Assembly: GCA_051294375.1 (NCBI GenBank)
Contig: CM119269.1
Span: 17,011,030 to 17,075,029 of the forward strand
DNA length: 64,000 nt
Source of the DNA: Paraspadella gotoi
Taxonomy: Eukaryota > Animalia > Chaetognatha
Direction: 5' to 3'
Shown in pieces: positions 25,570-37,554 of the stretch. Under the pieces are notes generated by a model. It was not told where the DNA came from. It made no database searches and saw nothing but the letters and a program-made list of their open reading frames with translations. The first letter of the stretch is position 1; the number at the start of each line of letters is the position of its first letter. The translations under genes were made by a program, and so were the position numbers.

Positions 25570-26993
25570 ACTTTGAGACCGTTAAAATTTTTATTTCAAA
25601 CTCGCAACTGAAATTAGCTGCCTGAGTCTGACATATATTATTATTTTAATTTAAGATTTTTTACATAAAATGAGTATATCCGGAAACCAAAAAATCCGAC
25701 CGTTAGTTAAATAAGGCTCAGTACTTTAAAAAGTACTTTTATGTTTGGTATGTGTTGCTGTATAAAACTGCAGTATGAGTATAAGATAATCTTTATATTG
25801 GTTGTACCAATTTCTTAGTATGGTGTGAATTGGTCTAAAATGACGAAAAATTTGTAAATTCCAGTTGTTGATTCATTCACTTCTAAGTATATCACGTACT
25901 ATTAGAGATAAACAGGCCACTGAAGAGAAAATATTTACTTGGATTACTTGGAAATTTTAGGAAACCGGATTTCCTGATTATAAGTCTGACAATCGTAAAA
26001 AAAATTTAATAAAATTAACATTAAGGTTTGATTACAATGATCGCATAGTTAATCAGACTCTATTATATTTCAATAATAATGGTTGCGCTATATTTAGGAT
26101 CGCCTGTCTTTTACTTCGTGTTTACATTCGTATCTGTTAATTGTTCAGTGTTACTTGTGTAGATTATACATGTCTATATATGTTTATCTTAGAATAAATT
26201 TCTGTTCTTTTTGTTAATTGTTGGAGAATCGGTCCTAGCTATATGTTAACATGTATTTATGTTTTATCACTCGTATTATGATTTTTAGTAACAACATTGA
26301 AGAGACAGCGGATATTGCATCTAGAAAGAAGCATTAAAAATTGTTACAACTTATAGTAAATGCAAAATAAGGGACTTCAAAAAATTAATTTTATCTTAGA
26401 AAGGGATATTATATTATTTAGATGAAATTTTAATTCGTACTAACTACTAGAATATTAAGAAAACTATGTTAATATTTAGCAAAAAACTGTTTTCAAATGA
26501 AAATAAATTCACATAAAAAAATAGCTCGCCAAAATGTCCGACGGTGGGACAAAGTTAGCGCCAAGCAAACGCCGCCCTACTGATGAAACGACCATGAACT
26601 GTCGTCGTCGCTCGGAAAGTCAGTCGCAGACGCGATGACGACGTTTATGATAAACTCGCTGTTTAAAAACATTTTCCTTTTACAAGTTTTCACTGTTTTG
26701 CCTACCTCATTCCTCACCTTTCCAAATCTACAACTGCCAATGCTTAAAATAATATTTTTTTATTCCTGTTCTTTTATCTTTTTTATCTTTTATCTTTTCA
26801 GAAAAAATAAAAACTAGAAAAGAATTGAAAAAAAAATCTTACAAATACTAACTACAATCAATATTTTTTCCGTCAATCAATAATCGTATTTATAATATAA
26901 TAATATATTATTATATAATATTATATACGACTATGCTTTAAGAGCAATGACTTAACTTAAGTCAAAAGAACAGCGATAATTTTCCTGCGTCAG

Positions 26994-27003
26994 GCGCATG
27001 CGC
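26994..27003. promoter_or_regulatory. NRF1-type site GCGCATGCGC upstream of KDM8
   Basis: Exact palindromic NRF1 consensus in a small GC patch within AT-rich sequence, about 530 nt before the KDM8 ATG. Confidence 0.4.
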
Positions 27004-27530
27004 GGCAACAAATATTTTCTAGCAGAGGTGTGTCGTGTCCTCCGTTCGCTCCCTTATTTTCGATCGATGTTGCTGACTAAACTATTGAATGAGAATATGA
27101 ATTATTAAGTGTTTTAACACTAATAATGTGTTATTCATATGAGCCATTATTTTTTATATATTTGTTATATCCAAAGACTCGCGAATCGTGATATATGATT
27201 TAATATTTTATTTATTTTTTATTTTAATTTAATATTATATTTTACAGTATTTGTTATATTCTGATAATTTTTCCCCCCGAGAGGTCGGGGGGGGGGTAAA
27301 AAAAAAGCGATCGATTTCCGCTTGATTTACGGCTTGTTTGACCGGTTTTGTTTTTTCTACTTTTTTTTAATTTGGTTGAAAATCCAGTTTGTTTTCTTTT
27401 ATTCTCTCGTATATCTGCTGCTCGCTCACCTTCTCTCAACGAGCTATTAACCTCCCATTCTTTAATCGGAGAGCTTAAGGTTAAATTAAATTTACGTAAA
27501 AGAAGGAAAAAAATCTAATTGACAAAACTG

Positions 27531-28892
27531 ATGAACCGGTCCGACGTTTTGTTTAAATGGATATCAGACGTACGAAAGACGTCAGCGTTTTCGTTTCGCG
27601 ATGATTTGAAATCCAGCGATGTGGGCCAGTTCTGCTTCGACCTGATTGAATCGTCTGCGGCTGCGTTGTCTAGCGACCTTCCTTTGGTCGACGGCTTTGT
27701 CATTAAATGCGACGCAATCATCGGCATTGCTTGGGAAAAACTCCACACTGGCACTTGGAAGGACGTAGATATCAAATGGCGACTCCTCTATTCTCACGCG
27801 TCGCTACACAAGTTTTTACACCTGTTTTCGGAAGACTGGGCGTCACTATCATCTTCCGACTACGTTGCGCTGCTTACCCGCGCTCTCCTTACACTCGACA
27901 TGGCGCTACTTATGGGCGGACCCATTGGCGGCGATGTTTTAACGAGATCGGCGTCACGGGTGCACGCGCTTCTCGTTGACGCACCATGCAAAAAAGTTGA
28001 TGTTCCTTCCGTAAAAACCGAGCACAACGTCGCTGATTCCACTCCATTGGAGGAGCCTACCCTTTCGTCCCCGACAAATCCTTTCCTCTCGACAAAAAGA
28101 TTAAAGCTTTCATCTTCGCCCCTCCCACGCCTCTCCTGTCCTTCCATGGAGGAATTCGTCCGCGACTTCCTTCGTCCACAACTTCCCTGCATTATCACCG
28201 ACCTTCAGCTCGCTTGGCCGGCCGCGAGTGCCGTCGTGGACGCCGCCGATTCTTCATCTCGACGTTGGAATCTCTCCTACCTTCGCCGCGTCGCCGGGCA
28301 CCGTACGGTGCCAATTGAAGTTGGAGCCAAGTACACCGACGACGCCTGGGGACAAAAACTTGTCACCGTCAATCAGTTCGTCGATGAGTACTTCAACGAT
28401 GACCAAAATAGCGCCGAGGGCGGCGGAACAACTCGCCGCCCCGTCGGATACTTGGCGCAGCACAATCTCTTCGATCAAATCCCTGAGCTGCTCGATGACA
28501 TCGTCGTCCCCGATTTTTGCTACGCCTGCCTCGACGATAACGAAGAAGACGTGGACGTGAACGCCTGGTTCGGCCCCGCCGGTACCGTCTCTCCTCTTCA
28601 CTTCGACCCAAAGAACAACCTCTTGGCGCAGGTGGTTGGTGCCAAATACATCAGGCTTTATTCGCCTTCCTCCTCGCCCTGCCTCTATCCCCACCCGCCT
28701 TCCGCCCTCATGTCCAACACGAGTCGAGTCGACGTGGAGGATGTCGATGCCGACGCCTTTCCGCTCTTCTCCGACGCCCCCTTTTGGGAGGCGCGGCTTC
28801 AGGCTGGAGAGACGCTTTTTATTCCTGAGCGGTGGTGGCATTTCGTCAAATCGCTCTCTGTCAGTTTTTCCGTCAGTTTTTGGTGGAAATAG
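27531..28892 (+). CDS. KDM8: JmjC-domain protein KDM8/JMJD5, single coding exon
   Basis: [100 protein letters not shown]. The HxD...H iron triad is intact. Confidence 0.95.
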   Translation: MNRSDVLFKWISDVRKTSAFSFRDDLKSSDVGQFCFDLIESSAAALSSDLPLVDGFVIKCDAIIGIAWEKLHTGTWKDVDIKWRLLYSHASLHKFLHLFSEDWASLSSSDYVALLTRALLTLDMALLMGGPIGGDVLTRSASRVHALLVDAPCKKVDVPSVKTEHNVADSTPLEEPTLSSPTNPFLSTKRLKLSSSPLPRLSCPSMEEFVRDFLRPQLPCIITDLQLAWPAASAVVDAADSSSRRWNLSYLRRVAGHRTVPIEVGAKYTDDAWGQKLVTVNQFVDEYFNDDQNSAEGGGTTRRPVGYLAQHNLFDQIPELLDDIVVPDFCYACLDDNEEDVDVNAWFGPAGTVSPLHFDPKNNLLAQVVGAKYIRLYSPSSSPCLYPHPPSALMSNTSRVDVEDVDADAFPLFSDAPFWEARLQAGETLFIPERWWHFVKSLSVSFSVSFWWK

Positions 28893-29485
28893 CTGGTTTT
28901 AAAGACGTTTTCTTTTTCTTTTCTTTTCTTTTAAAATTTTCGTTTGAGCATGTACTCCCTGTAAATTTTTGAATCGCCCAATTGAGAGCGCCTACCCCTA
29001 TTTTAAGATCGGTCCTAATTTTTCCTTTCCGTAATGAAACGAACTTTCGATTCTTTTATCTTCTTTCTCTTCATTTTCCTCCGAGCTATGAAACTCCAGG
29101 ATCGCCTTTTGTTTGTTTCGATCGTTAAATTCTTGTTGATCGTAATAATTTAAATATCGGTATTTAGTAAATTAAAATAGAATAAGGGCTTTTACTAAGA
29201 AGGCCGAGACATGTTTTGTACGCAACTAGGGTTGTTGGTTCTCTAGATCTCGATTTTGTTTGTCCCACAATTTAAGTAATATAAATGAATTTTGCATAAC
29301 CAATTAACCATTACCGTTGCTTCAACCAAATATAAACTTTTTTCAGCGGGCGATACCTTTATCGCAAGATGTGTTATTCGTAAACTCTTTACATGCCAAC
29401 TTAACGTTCAAACCCAAATCCTCATAACAAAACCTTTGGTGCTGTCACACTTTTTTTGCGATTGGAAAGTGGAGAAGTGCGCGCG

Positions 29486-32400
29486 ATGAACGGAAACGGC
29501 GCTAAAGTCAATGGCGAGGGCGAAAATGTTCAAACGACTTCCGACGCTGAATCCAACAGTCGGGTTGTCGACCTTTTCATCAAGGTGAGAGAAGTGACTA
29601 AAGTTTGCGAGACAGAATTATGAGGTTGTGGCAACAGGAAGACATCTGTGATGGACGGCGTGTGAGGCATCTCCTGACAACTGGTGCTCAGGGCTTTGGA
29701 CCTGCAGTGACCACTCCATGTCACTGGGTTGTTTATGCCAACACCATCACACTTAACTAGCATGACCGTGACGGGATTGAAACCAGAACTCATTGATGGT
29801 GAACAAGTACTTAGCTGTCTTAGCCAATGGGAGGCGAATTTAGGATTTGCCACACATGCACCCCCAAGACAGCACACGAGGATGACCAAGCCCAGAATGA
29901 CTGAGTGACTGATTACGATTACGGATTACGACGAGAGTTTGTCCAACACGCGCAGAGCGAGCGAGTAGGGCATAGGCTTGGGATGCATACCCTTACGTGA
30001 TGAAGTGAGCGATGATGCGCAGCGCTTGCATGTTTGATAGTTTGGCTCACCATTTATGGCAACGGGAAGATGTGTGTGATGCCCAGGGTGTAAGGTATCT
30101 CCCGACAGCTGGCTCTCAGGGCTTTGAACATGCAGTGACCAACCCATGTCACTGACGTTTTTATGCCAACACCATCACACTAAAACAGCATGACCGTGAG
30201 GGGATTTTAACCGAGCACTCACGGTTGGTCCAAGCCAATGGAACTGAGCTGAGTTTCAACAAGCTATACAGGAGGCGAATTTAAGATTCGCATTTAGGAT
30301 TCGTCACAGGGTTAAGTTTCTCTGAATATTGTCAAATGAATTTCGTTTTCTTTTTCACATAGGCATCCACCATCGATCCAGACAGAAAGGGAGCGTGCCC
30401 AATATGCCAGCGCTACTTCATGGCGCTCTACCTCAAATACGAAGCAGACGACATCGACCTCGTCGTCACCCGCGTAAAAAATACGAAGATGCAACCTGTT
30501 TGTCTCGACGGACAAAACTTCCAGGTGACTACTCCTGACAATTTCATCGTCACATCTCGCTCTAATGTTCATATTATATTGTATGACAATGAATATTTAA
30601 GGCTCCTTCGATGGTGCACAACAACGAATTAAAAACGATGGAGCATATTGAAGACTACATCGCCACTGAATTGAGAGGTTTAGACCTCACGTCTACAGAT
30701 AAAGCGCGCGAAGCCGTAGCAAACGTTTTCATCGTAAGTATTATTAAGTATTATTAACTTAGATATTCAATTACGCAAGTAACTTTGAATATAAATCTCT
30801 CTTTAAAACATCTTCATAATAGTAAATACTTATTTATTTTTTCTTAACAAATAAGTAAGAAGCGGTAATTAGTTTTAGTGCATACTGCATAGTAAAATTT
30901 CTAAATTTAACTTTAATTAAAATTCTAAAAGTGAGGAACGAACAACATTATACTAATGAACATTTATGTAATAAAAAAATTTATAATAAATTTTACAATT
31001 TACGCAGTAGGCCATATTTATACTAGTACTAATCCAATAAATGTTAAAATTTCAAAACAGTTTTTTCTAAGATTTTTTTTGCAGATTTGGATTTATCATA
31101 AAAAGTTGATAAAAAGAAATATAACTCTTTTTGAAAAATTCCTTCATTAAGTGGGTCAAAAATTAGAAAAAGCTATATTTTAAGCTGAAAATTAACTTTT
31201 TATATATTAAATAGTTGTTTTAATTTTTAACCCACTTAATGAAAGAATTTTTAAAAATGATTTATATTTTATTTGATCAACTTTTGACGAGGAATTCAAA
31301 TCTGCGATCAAAATTAAAAAAGGCCTATTTTGAAAATTTTCGATTTTATAAGGATAGTACTATATATAAATTTAGCCTACTGCGAAAATTAAAAAAACAA
31401 AAAAATATTTTTTTTTACAAATTAATGTTCACTGATGGTATATTGTTCATAATTGACTTTTAGAATTTCCGTACGTAACTTTCACTACGCTCTACTGCAT
31501 AGTGTTACAATTCTTTAGGCTTCAATACTTAAGCTTCTCAAATCTCAATTTTTCTTTCAGACATTCAGCAAGTACATGAGGGACCAAAAGACTGAACCAA
31601 CAGGACTTCTCAAAGAGTTGATATTACTCGATAAGTACTTAGAAAAAAACGCAACGCCGTTCCTGTGCGGCGAACAGATGACATTCGCCGATTGCGAGCT
31701 TCTGCCCAAATTGCAGCACATTAGGGTCGCTGCAAAGGTAATTATATTATAATTATACAGTTTACTGTTTTGACCTAACAATTAATACCAATAATGGATT
31801 AGTTTAATACTGTTCCCATTAAAATTTGCATTTGGTCGGCTACCGCTACTATAAAGACTTCTTCTATAGGGCGACACATTTCTATCTAGTCTGAATTCAT
31901 AAAATTTTATGTATTATCTTATTGGCGTTTTTTATCTTGTTAATTATGCATTTGAAAGGCAAAAAAATCAAATATTACGAATAGAAATATGAGACCGACC
32001 AAAGTTTAGTCTCAGTTTCTTTGGTCTTACCAATTTTGATCAAACAGTTCGGTATTTAGGGAAAAAATCAAACTCACCTGTCACCATTTTCTTTTAGTTT
32101 TGGTTATTCTTTTTTATCCCATACTTTGACTTCGATGTGATTATTTACAGTAAGAATAATTTCTGGTCATAAACATACATGTTTATGAAAAATGTATATC
32201 TTTAAAATCCTGCAGTAAATGATACCGTTTTCATTTTATTACTATATAGGCGTACAAGAATTTCGAAATGCCCAGTGATGATCTGACATACGTTTGGAAG
32301 TACCTTAAAAATGCTTACTCACAGAAAGCGTTCACGGAATCTTGTCCAGCTGATCAGGTATTACATGATAATCAGATAATTATTAACTAGCTGTATCATT

Positions 32401-35229
32401 AGAAAATTCTTTGAGTATCTTATTAGATTATTAGTCTATTGTTTTTACTACAGTCCCTGAATATCGGTTGTGTACGTGGTTTTGATTAACTTTTAGGTTA
32501 ATACTTAGTAAAGTATGAGTAAATGTTTCTTATGCCTATTTTTCGTGCATGTGCAATCACGGGACCATATAGAAATACGGTCAGGAGATCAGAAAGTCAA
32601 TGCGGCATAGTTGGTGAAATACAGAAGGCTTCATATTATAAAATTTTTTTGTGACCAGAACACGTTCCGAGAAAACTACTGGACCAAATTTATTGAAATT
32701 TGGAATGAACAATCCCTATGTGAATACAAATAGAAATATCAAGGCGAATTTCAATAATTGACCCCTGAGCCGAGATACCGGCCCTCTGGGGGGTCACCCA
32801 TTGGGGCAAAAAATGGTCAAAAATTTTTTACCAATTTTTCAAATATTTTTGTTTTGAACAGTCGCACAGACATTTACTATTCTACAAAAACCTATTTATT
32901 ACCTCAAAAATGTTAGTTTACCTTAATTTTCATGAACATCAGCTGTTCAAGTCAGATTTGGAATAATTTTGGAAAATTGGAAGTAAAACGATGAACCATG
33001 CATCTTCAAACAATGCTTAATTATTGAAAATTTATCAATTTTAGTTCTAAAATGTTTTTTTTACATGTTTAAAATGTAAATGCATCTGATGCTACTAAAA
33101 ATATTAAAATATAAAAAAAAATTTTTAGCCTTTTTTGGCCCCCCAGGGGTCCAGCCCCAGGACCCCAGCCCCAGGACCCTGTATCTCTTGAATATCAAAA
33201 TTCACCTCGATAGTTCCATTTATATCGTCATTAGGACTGTATATATAAAATTTTATAAAATTCGATCGAGTACTTTAGTGGGAACAGATTCTGGTCACAA
33301 AAAAGGGGTACTGTGGCGGTATATTCACACCGCCTCACGTCCACCATCGTTCAGCCAAATCCATTGGCTCAGAAGGGGAACACACCATCCCAGGCGTAGT
33401 GTTCCATCCACAGTCCTAACGACTTCCCTCTGCGTTGGCAAAGCGAGACCGTTCTAGGGTAACCGCGCCAGTGACTGGAAGTGTCACTGAGGGTCAGAAG
33501 CCCCCAAAGCCAACAGTGAGATGCCCCATCCCAGTGGGCATCACAGGCAACCCGGCTGTTGCCATAGTACCACATTTTATAATATGAAGCCTTCTGTACT
33601 TTTTATCTCACCGTCTTGGTGTGATAATCGTTTAGAATTGCTTCTTTGTGCCGTCGTCGTCACTCTTATTATTTTATATAAAAACTACTACGGTTTATAT
33701 AGGGGCTACGACGACTTATAATTTTTTTTTTATATAAAAACTACTACGAATTACGATTGATTTTTATAAAAGTGTGTTATCATAGTAAGTTTAAAATCTA
33801 GATATTTCTTCTCATCTTTAAGATCTTTAAAATTGTCATTTTATTTGAATTTCCTTCTCATTATGATTTACTGCAGTATGCAAACTAGAATATAGAACTT
33901 ACTGTAATATGCAAATTAGTATATAGTATACTACAGTCCTGTGCGCGCCACTTTATGACTTTAAATTTTTTTTTTAAATGGAATCAATGTTTAAATTTTA
34001 TTAAAATGGGTCGTGGTTTAAGAGATATGATTTTTTGAACTTGTTCCAAAACCAAAATTTACTTTCATCTGCATGGATTTTTTCTAACTAGAAAAATTAT
34101 AAAATGAAAAAGGCTGTCATTGTGAAAAAGCTTTTCGTTTTGATATTCTGATTGTTCAGATACCCAATGAGTATATCTGTAAGATGAACACAAATTTTTA
34201 AACATTTTTTTTTTCATAAAAATTTATCTTATAATTGGAAGGTCTTATTCGAATGCAAATATTTTTTTTTAATTCGATAAGAAAGTAAGTAAGCTGGACT
34301 AATGGGAGTTGTAAAATAAAAAAATGTCAGCAATTTTTTTACTAGAGTACAAAATCTGAAGTCGCTATATCAGATAATTTAGGCACAGTATTGGATAATT
34401 TTATTTTATTCCGATATGAAATCCGTATAAAAGCTTCAGAATTATTGTCTTTCATCGTATATTTTAATAACTTAAATTATTATTTAGGGTTTGGGGGCAA
34501 TCCAGCTATCCCTCCGGATATGCAGTGTAATTTTTTGATATTTTTAATTTATTTTAAGTTTTGCAAAATATTATAAAAAAAAGATTATTCTTAAATTTAT
34601 CAGATTTTTTTGCTTTCAACTTTGCAGTAGAGTACTCTATTTTAAAAAATAATTGCTCCTAAACGGATAGCCCAATTTTAATAAAATTTATGCTAAGATA
34701 ATCATCTTTCAATAAATTTTACTCACTTTTAAAATTTAAAAAAAAATTTAAGTATATAGGGTAATTTTTAAACTCTGAAATAAAGTGGCGCGTTTTTTTT
34801 TTTTGTTTTTTTTGCACCCGAATCCTTAAAGAATTATTTGGTTACCCCGACAATTTATACAATCTTTCATCAAAGACGATCGAAATTTTTGACGAACTTT
34901 GTGTTAACAAATAACGAAGTTTTGTTGCACATACTAAGTCTAAGAACCATGTTTTTATTACCTAACTTATTAATTTTCTATGTTTTTATTTTGTTTGTCT
35001 GTTAATGTATTTGGGCATTAATCTGTATCATTACTTGATGCGAATAAAAATTCCCCATATATAGACTTAGTTTTTGGAGTTTAATTTTATTTGGCGTTAA
35101 TTAAAAAATTCCATGCGTTTTTAGGACATCATCGCCCATTACGAAAAACTTCCTTACAAACCGACTGAATGGGGGGCTAACTATAAGCTCAAATCTCCTA
35201 CTTATTCCTTCGACACTCCATTCGATTAA
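29486..35229 (+). CDS. Chloride intracellular channel (CLIC/EXC-4 family, GST fold); exons about 29486-29584, 30363-30524, 30602-30733, 31561-31737, 32250-32357, 35125-35229
   Basis: VDLFIK/ASTID..RKGACPICQRYFM.LYL, FLCGEQMTFADCELLPKLQHIRVA, VWKYL.NAY...AFTESCPADQDII.HY resemble invertebrate Clic. All introns phase 0, GT-AG. Confidence 0.93.
29627..29850 (-). mobile_element. tRNA-derived SINE copy 1 (CLIC intron 1)
   Basis: Minus strand has A-box-like TGGCTAAGACAGCTAAG and B-box-like GGTTTCAATCC; the body is clearly similar to 30055-30292. Confidence 0.6.
30055..30292 (-). mobile_element. tRNA-derived SINE copy 2 (CLIC intron 1)
   Basis: Shares CTCAGGGCTTTG, GCAGTGACCA, CATGTCACTG, TTTATGCCAACACCATCACACT, AGCATGACCGTGA and GGAGGCGAATTTA with copy 1. 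Confidence 0.6.
30920..31470. mobile_element. Foldback/MITE-like element in CLIC intron 3
   Basis: Nested inverted repeats: AAATTCTAAAAGT/ACTTTTAGAATTT, CGCAGTAGGC/GCCTACTGCG, TTCATTAAGTGGGT/ACCCACTTAATGAA. Confidence 0.7.
32644..33304. mobile_element. Non-autonomous element with terminal inverted repeats
   Basis: TTTTTTGTGACCAGAA at the left end and TTCTGGTCACAAAAAA at the right end. Confidence 0.65.
33465..33570 (+). mobile_element. SINE-body fragment related to the CLIC intron 1 SINEs, opposite orientation
   Basis: Reverse complement TATGGCAAC...TGTGATGCCCA...GGCATCTC...GGGCTT...CAGTGAC...GTCACTGG aligns with 29627-29730. Confidence 0.5.
33605..33930. repeat. Dispersed repeat, second copy at about 39505-39800
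   Basis: Shared GCTTCTTTGTG, TTTTATATAAAAACTACTAC, TTTTATAAAAGTGTG..ATCATAGTAAGTT and CATTATGATTTACTGCA.TATGCAAA.TAGA. Confidence 0.7.
33932..34820. mobile_element. Tc1/mariner-like non-autonomous element, same family as 42105-43948
   Basis: Starts TACAGTCCTGTGCGCGCCACTTT and ends AAAGTGGCGCGTTTTT...TGCAC; internal GTGGTTTAAGAGATAT.ATTTTTT.AACTTG is shared with about 42223. Confidence 0.6.
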
Positions 35230-37554
35230 TTCCAGTGTGTCCAGGTTTGTGAATTTTTTTACTTAAACTAATATTCAGTTGATTCGCTTAATATTTTTAT
35301 TTTAATTTTAAAAAAAATTGTTTTCAGAAGTGGTGCCTTTTATAGAAGAATCTGCAATGCAAGTTATGTTTGTGGAGTTTGGTCCTTTATGCATTATTTA
35401 CAGCTCATTTTTAATAATGCTTTCATTATCGAATATCCTTTGCGAAAAGTGATTTTTTAGAAAGGTTGATTCTACATTCCCTATTATTCCAAATTTTCGA
35501 AGATTTAATCTATGCAGTTGCAGTCCTTCCATTTTTTGATTTACTGATTTGTAAGTATTTTTAATTGTACAACAAGTTTGCTGTATTTTCATGCAAATGG
35601 AGGAAGCGAATATTATCCGCTTAATCATCAATAACGAAAGTTAAGTATTTTTTAAAAAATAATATAAGTGCAATTTAAGCAGTCATTTAAGGTTTGCCTC
35701 GTTTTACTACTTCACGCTTGTTTATTAGATCCACTGTACATGACAAATGAGATTCGAATTATGACCCTAGTATTCTAACCTTTCACTAGTCTGTTACTGT
35801 TAATACGTGTTATGATCAGCGTATATGCAGATAGTCTACATAATCAATAGTGAACAAGCAATCAGTATATTTTGAAGTCCAATTAAAAGTAGATAACCTG
35901 CTTTATAAATATGGCTTTGAAAAATGTTGTACTTTTGCCGAATCCAAAGATGATATTTACTAAGTGATTTTCTAAAAAATTTTACAAAGACGGATTCAAT
36001 TACAGTTTATTTGCCGGATATGACAGATTTATCATTTATGAATTAATTTAATAGAGTAATGGACGAGTAGTTAATATTTATCAATATAATTGGCTATATT
36101 TAATCGGTTATTTCATTGATTGTTTCATACTTATTGATGAATAATAACTTTTGCATATTCCTCCACTTATTTGTTTACTGTAAGGCTAAGCGAAATGGAA
36201 TATCAGAGCATTATCTGATTGTTACAGTTTAATCTGAAGACATATCTGGTGATCTTTGAATACATTTATAGTCTATACCTCAAAGGATAACGAATTTGAG
36301 TCTAAAATAGTGAATACTAGATACTTCCAACTGAGAAGCTATAGCTCTTTAAGAGGAAAGGTCATTCAGCATAACAATACGTAATCATTGATGTATTAGA
36401 GCTAATATATCGAGAAATTTATTATAATCATCAGTAATCACAAAAAAATAAGTTTTTATTTATATGTAAACAATCTGTTTTTAATAATTTTTTTTAAATG
36501 GGTAAATAACAAAATTGTTAAGTTAAATGGGTAAGCACATTTTTTAAAGATTTGTTTTTCAATCTGGTTGTTAAAATATTCTAGGTAAGAAGTTAAAACA
36601 CGGTATGGGTTAGTTTAGAAGGGGAGAATTAAACAATTAATCTCGTTACTCTGTTGGTTTTCCAGTCATGAACAAAATCTTCAGTTAAATAGATGGTAAA
36701 GAAATTCGAGCTACAATGAATCTACACTGAATTTGAAGAGTTGCAGCCTAAACGACTGCAATAATATTGAATTCAAAATTTGATTAGCAATCTTAAAAAC
36801 ATTTGTAAAAATGTAATAGAGACATTTTGATAAACGCGTTCCAGTTAGAAAGAATTCGGGGTTAAAGTTTAAAAACGTTTCATTTTCAAGGATACAAGTT
36901 GAAATTTAAAAATGTCTCTCTATTACATTTTTCTAATTAAGTAATAAAAAATTCATAAAAAATATCAGATGGATTGGCATTTTCGTTTGATCTGCAACTC
37001 TTCAGATAGGTTTCTTTTATTTTATATTATAATTAAAACCGATATAAAATGGGGTAGAATGCATCAAATGTTTAAAGTGAATACATTTTCGGAATTTGAA
37101 GTTGAATTGAATGACCCTTTTTCTTAGTTTGTCGCAAATTGAAACTTGCTTCGTCACACGACCGACGAGATGAACAATTAGAAATTCAATAAAGAATACA
37201 TTTTATTTATAGTCATGTTTCTCTTTATGGTTTTAATTTGCTATTTTCGTTACAGGTTATTTTCAATATCTTCAATTTCGTATATATATATATATATATA
37301 TACATGAAGTATATACATTTGCCAGTTAAACAGAATGACGGAATGTGGTGTAATTCAATGGAAAGGCAATAGAGGACTCTCGAGCTAGGCTGAACTTGTT
37401 TTGGATCGACAAGCATACGAATTTGCACCCGTCTTGTGTTAAATTCTGTATTATATTCTTTTGTCGATATTATTATTTATTATGATTACCACCATGATAA
37501 ATGTATTTCCTGTATAAAGTAAAACTTTGAGGTTAAAAAATCATACCACCAACA

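Noticed and set aside
26579-26625. CTGATGA...GAAA hammerhead-like string upstream of KDM8
   Set aside because: GAAA does not directly follow the candidate stem II, and no stems I/III can be formed.
29640-29850. C/D snoRNA or HDV-like ribozyme in CLIC intron 1
   Set aside because: C box imperfect with wrong spacing; no P1/P2/P3 pseudoknot found; better explained as a SINE.
8922-35229. Operon-like redox/metal gene cluster (MsrB1, ZIP, CLIC, KDM8)
   Set aside because: Co-orientation alone is weak evidence, the functions are heterogeneous, and no shared regulatory or trans-splicing signal is visible.
35244-36760. Exon-like segments with splice-like signals between CLIC and TRAPPC9
   Set aside because: The frames I checked close quickly; at most UTR or non-coding exons, unsupported without RNA data.
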